DNA of 64,000 nucleotides from Deltaproteobacteria bacterium. Lineage in GTDB: Bacteria > Myxococcota_A > Polyangia > Fen-1088. The stretch covers positions 127,078 to 191,077 of the forward strand of contig JANRKS010000008.1 of the NCBI GenBank assembly GCA_033763315.1, read 5' to 3'. Position 1 is the first letter of the stretch. Every line of letters starts with the position of its first letter. The notes under the pieces were generated by a model that searched no databases, was not told the origin of the DNA, and saw only the letters and a program-made list of their open reading frames with translations. A program made the position numbers and the translations under genes. Positions 30,092-39,844 of the stretch are shown piece by piece.

Positions 30092-30732
30092 CGCCGTTGC
30101 CCCACCCACACAGATTCGTGAAAGCGCGTGCCGCCGCGTTGTTTGAAGCGCTCGTTGTCGCCTAAGGCGTCCACGCGTTCGATCAAAGCCACGTCGAACG
30201 CATCGCCATAAAGCGCCTGTACGACGTCAGGCTCCACCGAGAAGGGCGGACCGGAAGGCAAATCATGCTCGAAGGTCACCAACAAAAGCTTCGTGCCTGG
30301 GTGGCTTAACGCGGCCAAGCGGCGCGCGTACCCCTCGCGCAGGGTTTCGGGCAAAGCCACAACCGCCGCGCGATCGTAGATGGCGTCCACGGGCCCCACA
30401 AGCTCGGACGTGACGGCCAACATATCTGCGACCCAAATCATCACATTCAAGTGGTGGTAACCGACCCAGCCGTGTCGTTCGACGCGCGCCGGAATCACGC
30501 CCGCTTCAGCGAAATAAGCTTGGGCGGCGTCTTCCACAAACTCGACGCCCACAACCGAAAAACCACGTGCGGCGAGGAAGGTCATGTCGAGCGTCTTGCC
30601 ACACAAGGGCACCAACACCGTTCCCTTGTCGCCCAATGATTCGACGTGCGCCGCCAAGCGGGGGTTCACGTCAGCCAGATGAAAGGCCGTCTGCCCCGCA
30701 GCCCAACGCTCTTCCCAAAACGATTTTTCCAT
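30088..30732 (-). CDS. tpm: Thiopurine S-methyltransferase family protein
   Basis: FWEERW, LVPLCGKTLD, YDRAA.VAL, GPPFSV motifs. Start re-set to ATG 30732. Confidence 0.88.
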   Translation of the reverse strand: MEKSFWEERWAAGQTAFHLADVNPRLAAHVESLGDKGTVLVPLCGKTLDMTFLAARGFSVVGVEFVEDAAQAYFAEAGVIPARVERHGWVGYHHLNVMIWVADMLAVTSELVGPVDAIYDRAAVVALPETLREGYARRLAALSHPGTKLLLVTFEHDLPSGPPFSVEPDVVQALYGDAFDVALIERVDALGDNERFKQRGGTRFHESVWVGQRR

Positions 30733-30737
30733 AGACG

Positions 30738-31901
30738 TTAAACGGCAGCCGCTGCCGCACGGTCCCGGCTTGAAAGACGACGTTCGTTGATCACCACCGC
30801 GATGAACGCCGGGTACGTGCCAAGCGCAAAGGCAAAGAATGCGACCAGTGGCATCTGCAACGCTGTCAGCGTCGCAATGATCAGGATGAACGTATCGCGG
30901 CGGGTGGCTTCGCGTGCGGCTTTGAGCAGTTTGCCCAATGGCCCATCGGTGCTTGCTTTGCCCGTGACCGTGTCGGGGATCGCCATCAAATCCCCGATGC
31001 CCATGCGAATCATGCGCCGGTAAAGCAGGAACGACATCGCCACCTGCACGGCCAAGGTCAACGCACCAAACGCCATCAGGTCCGATCGCCCCAACACCAC
31101 CGCTTGCCCATAAGCCAAGCCAAAACAAAACGCGTAATTGGTGACGTCATCACCCACGGTGTCGAGCCACTGCCCCCGATCAGAGAACGTATAGGTCAAA
31201 CGGGCGATCTCACCATCGCAGCCATCCAAGACCGACTGCACCTGGAACAGCAAACCAGCCAGGGCCAACATCCACCAGGGTTGGCCCTGCCCCACCATGA
31301 AAGCGGCAACCAACCCAAGACAACCGATGCTGATCGTCACCATGTTGGGCGTGATGCCGGTGCGCACGAGCAAGCTGGAGCAAAACAGAGACATATAACG
31401 GTTGAGGTTTCGCGAGATGAAGCCATCAATGGGCTTGCGCAACGACAGCAACAACGATCGGTGCGCCCGCGCCGCCGACGCACGATCCACCACGCGCAAG
31501 GCAAAGCCACGCCCCGATTCCGCGACGCCCTGGCCAAGCTTCAGCAAAGCGCCGTCTAGATCACCAACGAAGGCGTCGAGGTCTGACGCCGGCACGCGCG
31601 CCAATGGCAAACCGCTCGGCAACGCATCCGCTGTGATCATCTGGCGATCAAAAACGGCGTCGCTCGTGGTCACAAGCACGGTGCCTTCACGTGGCACCGC
31701 GGCCAAAGCCACCTCTCCCACCGCGGCGCGCTTTGAGGTCGGTCGCGTGCCGGGGCCCACGAACGCCACTTGCTTCACGCCGGAAAACGAAAGCGCCAGC
31801 AAGACACGTTCGCCCAACGTCAGGCCCAGCAACTTCCGCTTCGCACCATCACCCGCGGGGCAAATCACAATGGCTGTATGCGGAGGCGTGGTCGTTGTCA
31901 T
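30738..31901 (-). CDS. CDP-alcohol phosphatidyltransferase with degenerate N-terminal nucleotidyltransferase-like region
   Basis: TPNMVT and DGCDGEIAR...G.WLD..GD signature; several TM segments; N-terminal LLGLTL.ER motif. Confidence 0.85.
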   Translation of the reverse strand: MTTTTPPHTAIVICPAGDGAKRKLLGLTLGERVLLALSFSGVKQVAFVGPGTRPTSKRAAVGEVALAAVPREGTVLVTTSDAVFDRQMITADALPSGLPLARVPASDLDAFVGDLDGALLKLGQGVAESGRGFALRVVDRASAARAHRSLLLSLRKPIDGFISRNLNRYMSLFCSSLLVRTGITPNMVTISIGCLGLVAAFMVGQGQPWWMLALAGLLFQVQSVLDGCDGEIARLTYTFSDRGQWLDTVGDDVTNYAFCFGLAYGQAVVLGRSDLMAFGALTLAVQVAMSFLLYRRMIRMGIGDLMAIPDTVTGKASTDGPLGKLLKAAREATRRDTFILIIATLTALQMPLVAFFAFALGTYPAFIAVVINERRLSSRDRAAAAAV

Positions 31902-32102
31902 GGTGGTCTTCTGCACTAGGCTGCGAACGGTGTCACACCTAGAAGGCGCGTGCAACCTAGGGTGCGGCCGGGGCCCACACGCAGGCTGCGCAGCGCAGCA
32001 CCTAACCCGACAAAACCAAGCGCGGCGCTGTAAAACCTTGTGATTTGAAGGGTGCTTCGGCGCGCTTGGCGTTGCTGCGCTTGGGCGCCTGGCCGATACT
32101 CG

Positions 32103-33143
32103 ATGGCTATGCCCCTCAAGCAGTTCAAGGGTCTATGTGTGGCCGCGGCCCTATGCGCCACCTTTTCGCCCGCCGTCGCATCGGCCAGCCTCTTATGGAA
32201 GGGCGATTTTGAGACGGGCAACTTGTCGCAATGGAGCTTCAAATTCTCTGAGAAGCAACTGCGAACCGTGGCCACGCCCGTGCGTGAGGGCAAGTTCGCG
32301 CTTGAGGCTACGGCGGTGGCCACGGGCGATCGTGTGGAGGTGCAAAATGGCATGGCACAGGCCAGCGATGGCACTGACCGTTATTACGCTTGGAGCGTGA
32401 TGACCCCGAAGGCGTTGGGCCCCAACGATCACCAAACGGGGTATTTCGAGACGAAGAACAGTTACAAGCAGATCATGGCCTTCGTGATCAAGGGCACCGA
32501 CATTTCACTGGACACGCGCGCGCCAAACTCGCAGCGCCGCTGGACAGGCAAGGGCAAGTTCACGGTGGGCGTGTGGCACGATTTCGTTTTCCACGTCAAA
32601 TGGTCTCGCGACGCGGCCACGGGATTGATCGAATTGTGGTTCGACGGACAAAAGGTGCTGGGCCCCGTATCCCTGCCCACGCTGTGGGACGCCAACGATG
32701 CGTTCTTTCAGATTGGATTTCTGTCTGGCACCGCTGGCGAGGTGATCTACATCGATGAAGCCAAAGTGGCCACGGCCTTGGAAGACGTGCTGCAAATGGC
32801 ACCGCCTCCCCCGGACGCGGGCGTGCCGGTGGGTGGCGCTGGGGGCGGCGGCGGCGGCGGCCAAGGTGGCCAAGGTGCCATGGCGGCGGGCGGCGCGGGC
32901 GGCGCGAAAGTGGGCGGCGCGGGTGGCAGTGGCAGTGGTGGTAGCGGCAGCGCACAAGGCGGCGATGGTGGCAGTGGCGAGGGTGGCGGCGGCGGAGACG
33001 GCGGCAGCGGCGGTGATGACGGCGACAAAGCGAGCACCGAAGGTGGGGGCAAAGGTTGCAATTTCGGCGGCAGATCACCTGCCTTGCCCGCGCCACTCGG
33101 TTTGATCGCCGTGTTGTTTGTGACCCGCCAGCGTCGGCGTTGA
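32103..33143 (+). CDS. Secreted polysaccharide-lyase-like protein with Gly-rich linker and MYXO-CTERM-type tail
   Basis: Signal peptide, WKGDFETG, GVWHDFVFHVKWS...GLIELWFDG; long Gly linker; GGGKGC + hydrophobic stretch + RQRRR C-terminus. Confidence 0.7.
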   Translation: MAMPLKQFKGLCVAAALCATFSPAVASASLLWKGDFETGNLSQWSFKFSEKQLRTVATPVREGKFALEATAVATGDRVEVQNGMAQASDGTDRYYAWSVMTPKALGPNDHQTGYFETKNSYKQIMAFVIKGTDISLDTRAPNSQRRWTGKGKFTVGVWHDFVFHVKWSRDAATGLIELWFDGQKVLGPVSLPTLWDANDAFFQIGFLSGTAGEVIYIDEAKVATALEDVLQMAPPPPDAGVPVGGAGGGGGGGQGGQGAMAAGGAGGAKVGGAGGSGSGGSGSAQGGDGGSGEGGGGGDGGSGGDDGDKASTEGGGKGCNFGGRSPALPAPLGLIAVLFVTRQRRR

Positions 33144-33190
33144 TCGACACGCTTCGCGGGTTGGCGTCGCGCTGCTAAAGTGCGCCGCAG

Positions 33191-33697
33191 ATGTCATCCA
33201 CCCTGAAGCAACACATCGTCGACGTTCCCGACTTTCCCAAGCCCGGGATCTTGTTCCGCGACATCACGCCGCTCTTGGCCAACGCTTTTGCGGAAACCAT
33301 CACAGCGATGGATGCGTTGCTGACGCAGGGGGAATGGGCCGAGGTTGATGTGATCGCCGGCGTTGAGTCGCGGGGCTTTGTGTTGGCCGCCGCGCTCGCT
33401 CAGCTACGCGGCAAAGGCTTCGTCCCGGTTCGCAAAAAGGGCAAGCTGCCGCCGCCGGTGGTGGATGTGGAATACAACTTGGAGTACGGCTCGGGTGTGC
33501 TTGAGATGCAAACCGGTCGTGGACGCTTGTTGTTGGTGGATGACGTGTTGGCCACCGGCGGCACGCTCAAAGGCGCCGCGGATCTGTGCGGCAAGGCTGG
33601 CTTTGAGGTGTGCGGCTTGGCAGTGTTGATCGATTTGAAATTGATTCCGGAGTTCCGCTGGCAAACCCTGCTCACGCGCGCCGTGATCACTTACTAA
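33191..33697 (+). CDS. apt: Adenine phosphoribosyltransferase
   Basis: DFPKPGILFRDITPL, ESRGF, RKKGKLP, LEYG, VDDVLATGGT. Confidence 0.95.
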   Translation: MSSTLKQHIVDVPDFPKPGILFRDITPLLANAFAETITAMDALLTQGEWAEVDVIAGVESRGFVLAAALAQLRGKGFVPVRKKGKLPPPVVDVEYNLEYGSGVLEMQTGRGRLLLVDDVLATGGTLKGAADLCGKAGFEVCGLAVLIDLKLIPEFRWQTLLTRAVITY

Positions 33698-34406
33698 CGG
33701 CGCTCAAAAAGGCAGACACCCCGTCAATCACTTCATGAGGGATCTCGTGGCCGCCATCAAACGGCAACCACGTCACTTCATCGCTGCATGAGGCCAGCGC
33801 TTGTGCCAGGTGTTCTGCCAAGCGAAACGGCAGCACCACATCGCCACGGCCGTGGCTGATAAACACAGGATACTTGCGCGGCAAGTGCGCCATCGCCTTG
33901 CGCCAGTGCGCCTCCGCCACCATGGTGCCCGAAAGGATCACCAAGGCCCCAGGTTTCTCTTCCGCGGCCAACATGGCATCGGTGGCCACCATCGCGCCTT
34001 GTGAAAAACCACCCACCACGATCGACGACAGCGGCACGTTCGTTCGAGTCGCGATCTCACGCAGCAATGCCAGCACCGTGGCGCGCACTTCAGGCAAACC
34101 CTTCGGCACCTCTTCGCGCAGATCGCGATCATCGCCACGCAAGCGCGCCGCCTCAATCGCCGCCAAATCCAGGTTCCACCACGCGCGGCCACCACCAAAC
34201 GTCACCAGCGGCGCTTCAGGGAACACAAACAAACGCCCTGGCGCCGGCAACACTTGCGACAGCGGCACAAGATCATCGCCGCTGGCGCCCCAGCCGTGCA
34301 TGAAAACCACAACCTGTGTGGGGTTCTCGCGCGCCCCCGCCGTGCGCACCGAAAGCCCAGCCCAAGTGTCAAAGCGAGGAACCACAACGTTTGTCTTCAT
34401 GTTCAC
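33687..34406 (-). CDS. Phospholipase/carboxylesterase (alpha/beta hydrolase)
   Basis: HGWG oxyanion motif, GFSQG nucleophile, HGRGD and GGHEI catalytic Asp/His. Confidence 0.9.
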   Translation of the reverse strand: MNMKTNVVVPRFDTWAGLSVRTAGARENPTQVVVFMHGWGASGDDLVPLSQVLPAPGRLFVFPEAPLVTFGGGRAWWNLDLAAIEAARLRGDDRDLREEVPKGLPEVRATVLALLREIATRTNVPLSSIVVGGFSQGAMVATDAMLAAEEKPGALVILSGTMVAEAHWRKAMAHLPRKYPVFISHGRGDVVLPFRLAEHLAQALASCSDEVTWLPFDGGHEIPHEVIDGVSAFLSAVSK

Positions 34407-34422
34407 GTGCGCGTCTCCGAGT

Positions 34423-35238
34423 TTAAAGCGACAACAACAAGCGGCTCACGTCATACAACACGTCGCCGCGTTGGGAAACAGGCAGTGGTGGGTGCGAAAA
34501 GCCGCACTTGTGCGCCATGCGGTTAAAGCCCATGGCCGCCAACGTGCGCAGGTTCACCGTGTCGTAAAGATTATATTCCACCAACTTCAGCAACGCCGCA
34601 CGATCGCCCAAACAGAAATGGCGCCACAGCCACGCCGCGTGCGAGCCATCCAGATCTTTGATGTGCTGAGGCCGCCCGATGCCCACTTCATCTTCCAAAG
34701 ACTTAAGGCCGCCCCAAAACCCAAGTTTGTTCCACACGTGCCGTAGATCCATGTGTGCGGCGGGCGCAGGCCACAGATCAAACTTCTTCGTCAGCACCGG
34801 CACATCGAACGACGAACCGTTGAACGTCACAAGCAAGCAGTCAGGCGGGATGTGTTGCTCAAGCGATTCCACCGACAACGATCGCCCCGCCAGGAGGAGC
34901 TTCGGTCCAGCTTCATCCAACACGCCCACCACCGTTACGCCCTCTTCTGGATCCACCTCGATGTCCACATAAACGGCCCGCGGCGCAAACTGAGCGAAGA
35001 GCCGCCAATGCTCCGCCTGCGGAATGCGCGAGGCCAGCGCCACCAGATCTTGCGCGTGCCAAGCGGCTTCCATGAAGGCCAACGCTTCACGCATCGCAGG
35101 CATAAGGGCCGCCGGCAGCGGCACGTCTTTGTCTTGCGCGGCCGCGAGCGTGGCCCAATCGAGAAACCCAGCCGCCCATAACGCACGCTCCCGCCCCGCG
35201 CCCACCCCTGGCAGCAACTGAAACGTGGCCCGAATCAC
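34423..35238 (-). CDS. YprB-like RNase H-fold (DEDD) exonuclease
   Basis: VDIE, TFNGSSFDVP, HMDL, GGLK.LE, YNLYD motifs. Confidence 0.82.
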   Translation of the reverse strand: MIRATFQLLPGVGAGRERALWAAGFLDWATLAAAQDKDVPLPAALMPAMREALAFMEAAWHAQDLVALASRIPQAEHWRLFAQFAPRAVYVDIEVDPEEGVTVVGVLDEAGPKLLLAGRSLSVESLEQHIPPDCLLVTFNGSSFDVPVLTKKFDLWPAPAAHMDLRHVWNKLGFWGGLKSLEDEVGIGRPQHIKDLDGSHAAWLWRHFCLGDRAALLKLVEYNLYDTVNLRTLAAMGFNRMAHKCGFSHPPLPVSQRGDVLYDVSRLLLSL

Positions 35239-35855
35239 CGCGCACGCCTTAGCCGCACCAGCGTGGCGCCGTCAGCCCCCAACGCGCGCGGGGCGCTTGT
35301 GAAGGCCAACACAAACGCCTGCATTGCAGAAGACGACAGCACTTGCACCACGACGTTCTTCAACACGGGCCCGTCGTTGCCTGAATGGTGTCCGCGGCCA
35401 TGCACAATCAACACACTGATTTTGCCGCCCGCCACGGCGTTGGCCACGAAGCGGGCAACGGCATCGCGCGCAAAGGCGGCCGTGCGCCCATGCAAATCCA
35501 GGGTGGCTTGCGGGGCCGGCTCGCCTTGGCGCAACTGCCGCAACAGCTTGCGATCCACATCGAGCGAGCGCCCCGAGATTTGCTCGCCGGTGTTGTCGAT
35601 CTCCATGTGCATTTTTTCGCTTGCGTCGCCGGCCGAGCCCAAAGCGCCGACGTTAGGCCTAAGCGTTGGTACAACCGCAGGAGAACGCCGCGCAAGGCCT
35701 TTTGTCGGAAGCACCGGCACCCGCGATTTTCCCGCCAACGGCTGCACGTCGCGCATCGCTTGCAGAAACAACGCGCGCTCTTCTTCGGAAACCGGAGGCT
35801 CGCGCGGTGGTGTTGCCCCTCGCTCGTTACCTCCCCGCCCGATTTTACGAGACAT
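35235..35855 (-). CDS. Smr domain protein (SmrA/SmrB-like)
   Basis: LF.QAMRDVQPL N-terminus, LDLHG, IVHGRG, GADGAT.V.L. Confidence 0.9.
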   Translation of the reverse strand: MSRKIGRGGNERGATPPREPPVSEEERALFLQAMRDVQPLAGKSRVPVLPTKGLARRSPAVVPTLRPNVGALGSAGDASEKMHMEIDNTGEQISGRSLDVDRKLLRQLRQGEPAPQATLDLHGRTAAFARDAVARFVANAVAGGKISVLIVHGRGHHSGNDGPVLKNVVVQVLSSSAMQAFVLAFTSAPRALGADGATLVRLRRAR

Positions 35856-35904
35856 GATCCCACCCGAAACCCATCGTTAACCGCGTGCCGCTACGATCTT
35901 CAGC

Positions 35905-38445
35905 GTGTCCAACCCCACAAACGTCGTCGCTCTGGCTGAGGAATCCACAGGTAAACCAGGCAAGCGCCCGCCCCCCACAAGCCGCGTGGGCATGGACCCC
36001 GCCGGGTTTAAGCGAGCCGTTTCCGATCACCTGATTTTCACCTGCGCTAAGGATGCCACCGACGCTTCTACTTTTGACATGTACCAGGCGTTGGCGCATT
36101 CGGTCCGCGACCGTCTTGTGCACCGCTGGCTGATGACCCAGCGCACCTACGAAGCGCAAGACGTCAAGCGAGCCTATTACCTTTCGTCTGAGTTCCTTAC
36201 GGGCCGCAGTTTGGGCCTTTGCTTGATGAACATGGGGCTTTACGACGCCGCCGCGGCCTTGGCCAGCGAACGCGGCTATGACCTTACGGACATTCTCGAA
36301 GCCGAGGGTGATCCGGGCTTAGGCAACGGCGGCCTGGGGCGCTTGGCGGCGTGTTTCATGGATTCGCTGGCGACGCTGGAATTGCCGGCCATGGGATACG
36401 GCATCCGTTACGATTTCGGCATCTTTGAACAGAAGATTGAGGGTGGCCAACAGGTGGAGTTCCACGACAACTGGCTGCAAAACGGCAACCCCTGGGAGCT
36501 GCCTCGGCATGAAGACGCCCAAACGGTAAAGTTCTTCGGACGCACGGAAATGCGCCAAGATCTCGACGGCCGCTTCCGCGTGGATTGGGTGGACACACGC
36601 ACCGTGATCGGCGTGCCGCACGATTCATTCATCGTCGGCCACCGCACCGATACGGTGAACACGCTTCGCCTGTGGGCGGCCCGCGCCACGCGCGACTTTG
36701 ATTTGCGCTTCTTTAACGACGGCGATTACCGGCGCGCCGTGGAGGAGAAGATCGATAGCGAAAACATATCGAAGGTGCTTTACCCCAACGATCAAACCGA
36801 GGAAGGCAAGGCGCTGCGACTCAAGCAGCAATACTTCTTTGTAGCGTGCTCCATCGCCGACATCGTGAAGCGCTACAAGAAGCGCCACCAACACTTCGAT
36901 CTGTTCCCCAAACGCGCCGCGATTCAACTCAACGACACCCACCCCAGCATCACGGTGGCCGAATTGATGCGCGTGCTCGTGGATGTGGAAGGCTTGGATT
37001 GGGAGGTGGCGTGGGAGATCTCGGTGGCGACGCTGGGATACACCAACCACACGTTGATGCCCGAGGCGCTTGAGCGCTGGCCCTTGCCACTGTTCGAACG
37101 GATCTTGCCGCGGCACCTGCAGATCATTTACGAAATCAACCAACGCTTCATGCGCAAGGTGCACACGCGTTGGCCCACCGAACCTGAACGTATGGCGCGT
37201 ATGTCGATCATCGAAGAGGGACCGGTGAAACAAGTGCGCATGGCCCACCTTGCCACGGTTGGCGCGCACAGCATCAACGGCGTGGCACGGTTGCACTCTG
37301 ATCTCGTGAAAGCCGAATTGCTCCACGATTTTTACGAGCTGTTCCCCGAACGCTTCAACAACAAGACAAACGGCGTCACACCACGTCGCTGGATCCTGCA
37401 CGCGAACCCGCGTCTTACGAACCTGATATCGTCGCGCATCGGTTGGGATTGGATCAACCGCGACATCTCCCAGATCAAGCAGCTGGAGCCGCTCACAAAG
37501 GACGAGCCGTTCTTGCAGGCCCTGTGGGACGTCAAAGAAGCCAACAAGCGCGATCTCGCTCTCGTCGTTCGCCGCCGCACGGGTGTGCACATTGCCCCTG
37601 AATCCATGCTGTGCGCGCACGTCAAGCGCATCCATGAATACAAGCGTCAGGTGTTGGCGTGCCTGCAGATCATCGGCCACTACATGGATCTGAAGCGCAA
37701 CCCCGAAGCCGATGTTGTGCCGCGGGTATACGTGTTCGCGGGCAAGGCCGCAGCGGGGTACGCGATGGCCAAACTGCACATTCGTCTCATCAACGACGTG
37801 GCGGCCGTGATAAACAGCGACCCCGACGTCAGCGACAAGCTTTCGGTGGTGTTCATCCCGAACTATGGCGTATCGCTGGCGCAAGCCATCATCCCTGCGG
37901 CGAACATATCGATTCAAATTTCAACCGCGGGCAAGGAGGCATCCGGCACCAGCAACATGAAATTCGCCATGAACGGCGCGCTCACGCTGGGCACGCTTGA
38001 TGGAGCAAACGTGGAGATTCGTGAAGAAGTGGGGCCGGAGAATTTCTTCTTGTTTGGCCTTCACACCAACGAAGTGGCCGGCATGGTTCGCGCCGGATAT
38101 AGCCCTCGCACGTTCATCGAACGCAGCGCGCGCCTGGCCGAAGCCTTGTCGCTCATCGAGACGGGCTTCTTCAGCTTCGGTGAGCGCGATCGCTACCGGG
38201 ACGTGGTGAACAACCTCACGTACCACGATCCCTATCTGGTGTGCGCCGACTTCGACGCCTATGTGGCCGCCGAAGCCGCCGCGGCCGACCTTTACACCAA
38301 CCCGCTCGAATGGTCGCGCCGCGCGCTGCTCAACATCATTGGGGGCGCCCGCTTCTCAAGCGACGAAACCATCCGTCAATACGCTGATGAGATCTGGAAC
38401 CTCAAGCCCGTGCGCATCGATCCCAACATGATGCCTTCGGATTAG
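35905..38445 (+). CDS. glgP: Glycogen/alpha-glucan phosphorylase
   Basis: GLGNGGLGRLAACF, QLNDTHP, TNGVTPRRW, KRIHEYKRQ, EASGTSNMK (PLP lysine). Confidence 0.97.
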   Translation: MSNPTNVVALAEESTGKPGKRPPPTSRVGMDPAGFKRAVSDHLIFTCAKDATDASTFDMYQALAHSVRDRLVHRWLMTQRTYEAQDVKRAYYLSSEFLTGRSLGLCLMNMGLYDAAAALASERGYDLTDILEAEGDPGLGNGGLGRLAACFMDSLATLELPAMGYGIRYDFGIFEQKIEGGQQVEFHDNWLQNGNPWELPRHEDAQTVKFFGRTEMRQDLDGRFRVDWVDTRTVIGVPHDSFIVGHRTDTVNTLRLWAARATRDFDLRFFNDGDYRRAVEEKIDSENISKVLYPNDQTEEGKALRLKQQYFFVACSIADIVKRYKKRHQHFDLFPKRAAIQLNDTHPSITVAELMRVLVDVEGLDWEVAWEISVATLGYTNHTLMPEALERWPLPLFERILPRHLQIIYEINQRFMRKVHTRWPTEPERMARMSIIEEGPVKQVRMAHLATVGAHSINGVARLHSDLVKAELLHDFYELFPERFNNKTNGVTPRRWILHANPRLTNLISSRIGWDWINRDISQIKQLEPLTKDEPFLQALWDVKEANKRDLALVVRRRTGVHIAPESMLCAHVKRIHEYKRQVLACLQIIGHYMDLKRNPEADVVPRVYVFAGKAAAGYAMAKLHIRLINDVAAVINSDPDVSDKLSVVFIPNYGVSLAQAIIPAANISIQISTAGKEASGTSNMKFAMNGALTLGTLDGANVEIREEVGPENFFLFGLHTNEVAGMVRAGYSPRTFIERSARLAEALSLIETGFFSFGERDRYRDVVNNLTYHDPYLVCADFDAYVAAEAAAADLYTNPLEWSRRALLNIIGGARFSSDETIRQYADEIWNLKPVRIDPNMMPSD

Positions 38446-38449
38446 CCCG

Positions 38450-39217
38450 TTACGGCTCAATCCCGAGCAACTCAACCTCAAACACCAATACGGCCCCGCC
38501 TGGAATCGTGGGCGGGCTGCCTTGGGCGCCATAAGCCGTGGCCGAGGGGCACACGAGCCGCGCTTTTTCACCCACCTTCATCACAGCCACGCCTTGGGTC
38601 CAGCACGGGATCACAGCGTTGAGACCAAACGTGGCGGGCTCACCGCGGCTGTAACTGCTATCGAACTCGGTGCCGTCGGTGAGTGTGCCGCGGTAGTGCA
38701 CGCGCACCGTATCTGTTGAACGAGGCGACCGGCCGTGCGCGAGCTTGCGCACAGGCGTAAAGACCACTCCTGAAAGCAACCGACGCGCGCCCTTCTCCTT
38801 GGCAGCAGCTTTCAAAAATTCGTCGTTGCTCAACGGCGGCGTTTTAGGCGCCGCTGGCAAAGAGGACTCTGGCGGTTGTGGCGCGGCGGCCTTTTGTCGC
38901 TCCTGCGCAAGCGTCTGCAAGCGGCTCGTGTACTGTTCGCGGTCCACCGCCGGCTGTTTTGCAAGCGAGCCATCGGCGTTCTTCAACGTCCCATCGCCAA
39001 GCCCCGCCAGCACCATCTGCAACTCACGCGGCGACAGCGAGAAAATGCTTACCCCACGGGCCAACTCCAGCCCCAAAGCATAGAACGTCTTGTCTTCTTC
39101 TGTGACAGGTGAGGCAGATGCCGCCGCGGCTTCAGATTTTGCAGCGAAAGCGGGATGGGCCACGAGCACAAGCGCGGCCACAGGGAGGGTTCGTTCGAGG
39201 CTCCTAAGCATCCCCAC
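38450..39217 (-). CDS. FKBP-type peptidyl-prolyl isomerase (FkpA/Mip-like, exported)
   Basis: Signal peptide, FYALG N-domain, VHYRGTL.DG.EFDSS, AYG, LVFEVELL. Confidence 0.92.
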   Translation of the reverse strand: MGMLRSLERTLPVAALVLVAHPAFAAKSEAAAASASPVTEEDKTFYALGLELARGVSIFSLSPRELQMVLAGLGDGTLKNADGSLAKQPAVDREQYTSRLQTLAQERQKAAAPQPPESSLPAAPKTPPLSNDEFLKAAAKEKGARRLLSGVVFTPVRKLAHGRSPRSTDTVRVHYRGTLTDGTEFDSSYSRGEPATFGLNAVIPCWTQGVAVMKVGEKARLVCPSATAYGAQGSPPTIPGGAVLVFEVELLGIEP

Positions 39218-39259
39218 ACCATAGTCGGTGGGTCAGCCTCTTTTCAACCCTGCCCCTGA

Positions 39260-39844
39260 TTAGGCGAACCCCAACACCTCGAGTGTGCGCGCCACGCCCC
39301 CATAGCCAAGCGCGTACCAGCGCCACCAGCCCACCATCATGATGCCGTGGCCCACGAGGATAAACACGTGGCTCCACATCTCCACAACGTCTGACTTTTG
39401 CGACAAATAGCGCCGCCAATGCATCACCTCGTCGACCAAACTGTAGACGAAGGACAGCACCGTCAGCACCATCGCGGGGATCGCAAACAGCGGCCGCGCC
39501 GGGTAGGCCGCGCACAACAACACGCAGCTGCCGATGCCCGCGAAAATAATGATGTGGTGAACCAACGCTTCACCACCTTTGAGTATCTCTTTGTAAACTG
39601 TGCGGTGGCCAATCGTATCCACCGATATCGCCAACGCAAAGATGGCGGCGCCAAACGGAACCATGAACGCTTCGCCCGGAAATACGGCGCCGTTCATCGA
39701 GCCGACCAGCAAGAAGCCACCGGTGCTAGCCATGAGGCCCAACATCAAACCCACCCAAACCACGTACACCACCCAATCGCGCGTGGTGAACTCTTTGAAA
39801 CGACCGAAATAGATTTGCAGTTCAGTCCACACAGACGATGTCAT
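39260..39844 (-). CDS. Uncharacterised integral membrane protein, last gene of the crt operon
   Basis: ~5 hydrophobic segments; two D-x3-H-x3-Y-x7/8-E-x3-H motifs; start overlaps the crtB 3' end. Confidence 0.8.
   Translation of the reverse strand: MTSSVWTELQIYFGRFKEFTTRDWVVYVVWVGLMLGLMASTGGFLLVGSMNGAVFPGEAFMVPFGAAIFALAISVDTIGHRTVYKEILKGGEALVHHIIIFAGIGSCVLLCAAYPARPLFAIPAMVLTVLSFVYSLVDEVMHWRRYLSQKSDVVEMWSHVFILVGHGIMMVGWWRWYALGYGGVARTLEVLGFA

Noticed and set aside
32820-33030. GGC-rich tract as a DNA repeat element
   Set aside because: Encodes the Gly linker preceding the sorting tail.
36625-37917. 430-aa ORF antisense to glgP (and similar long shadow ORFs opposite recB, crtI, crtY and the Hsp70s)
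   Set aside because: No recognisable motifs; expected from codon bias in GC-rich genes.
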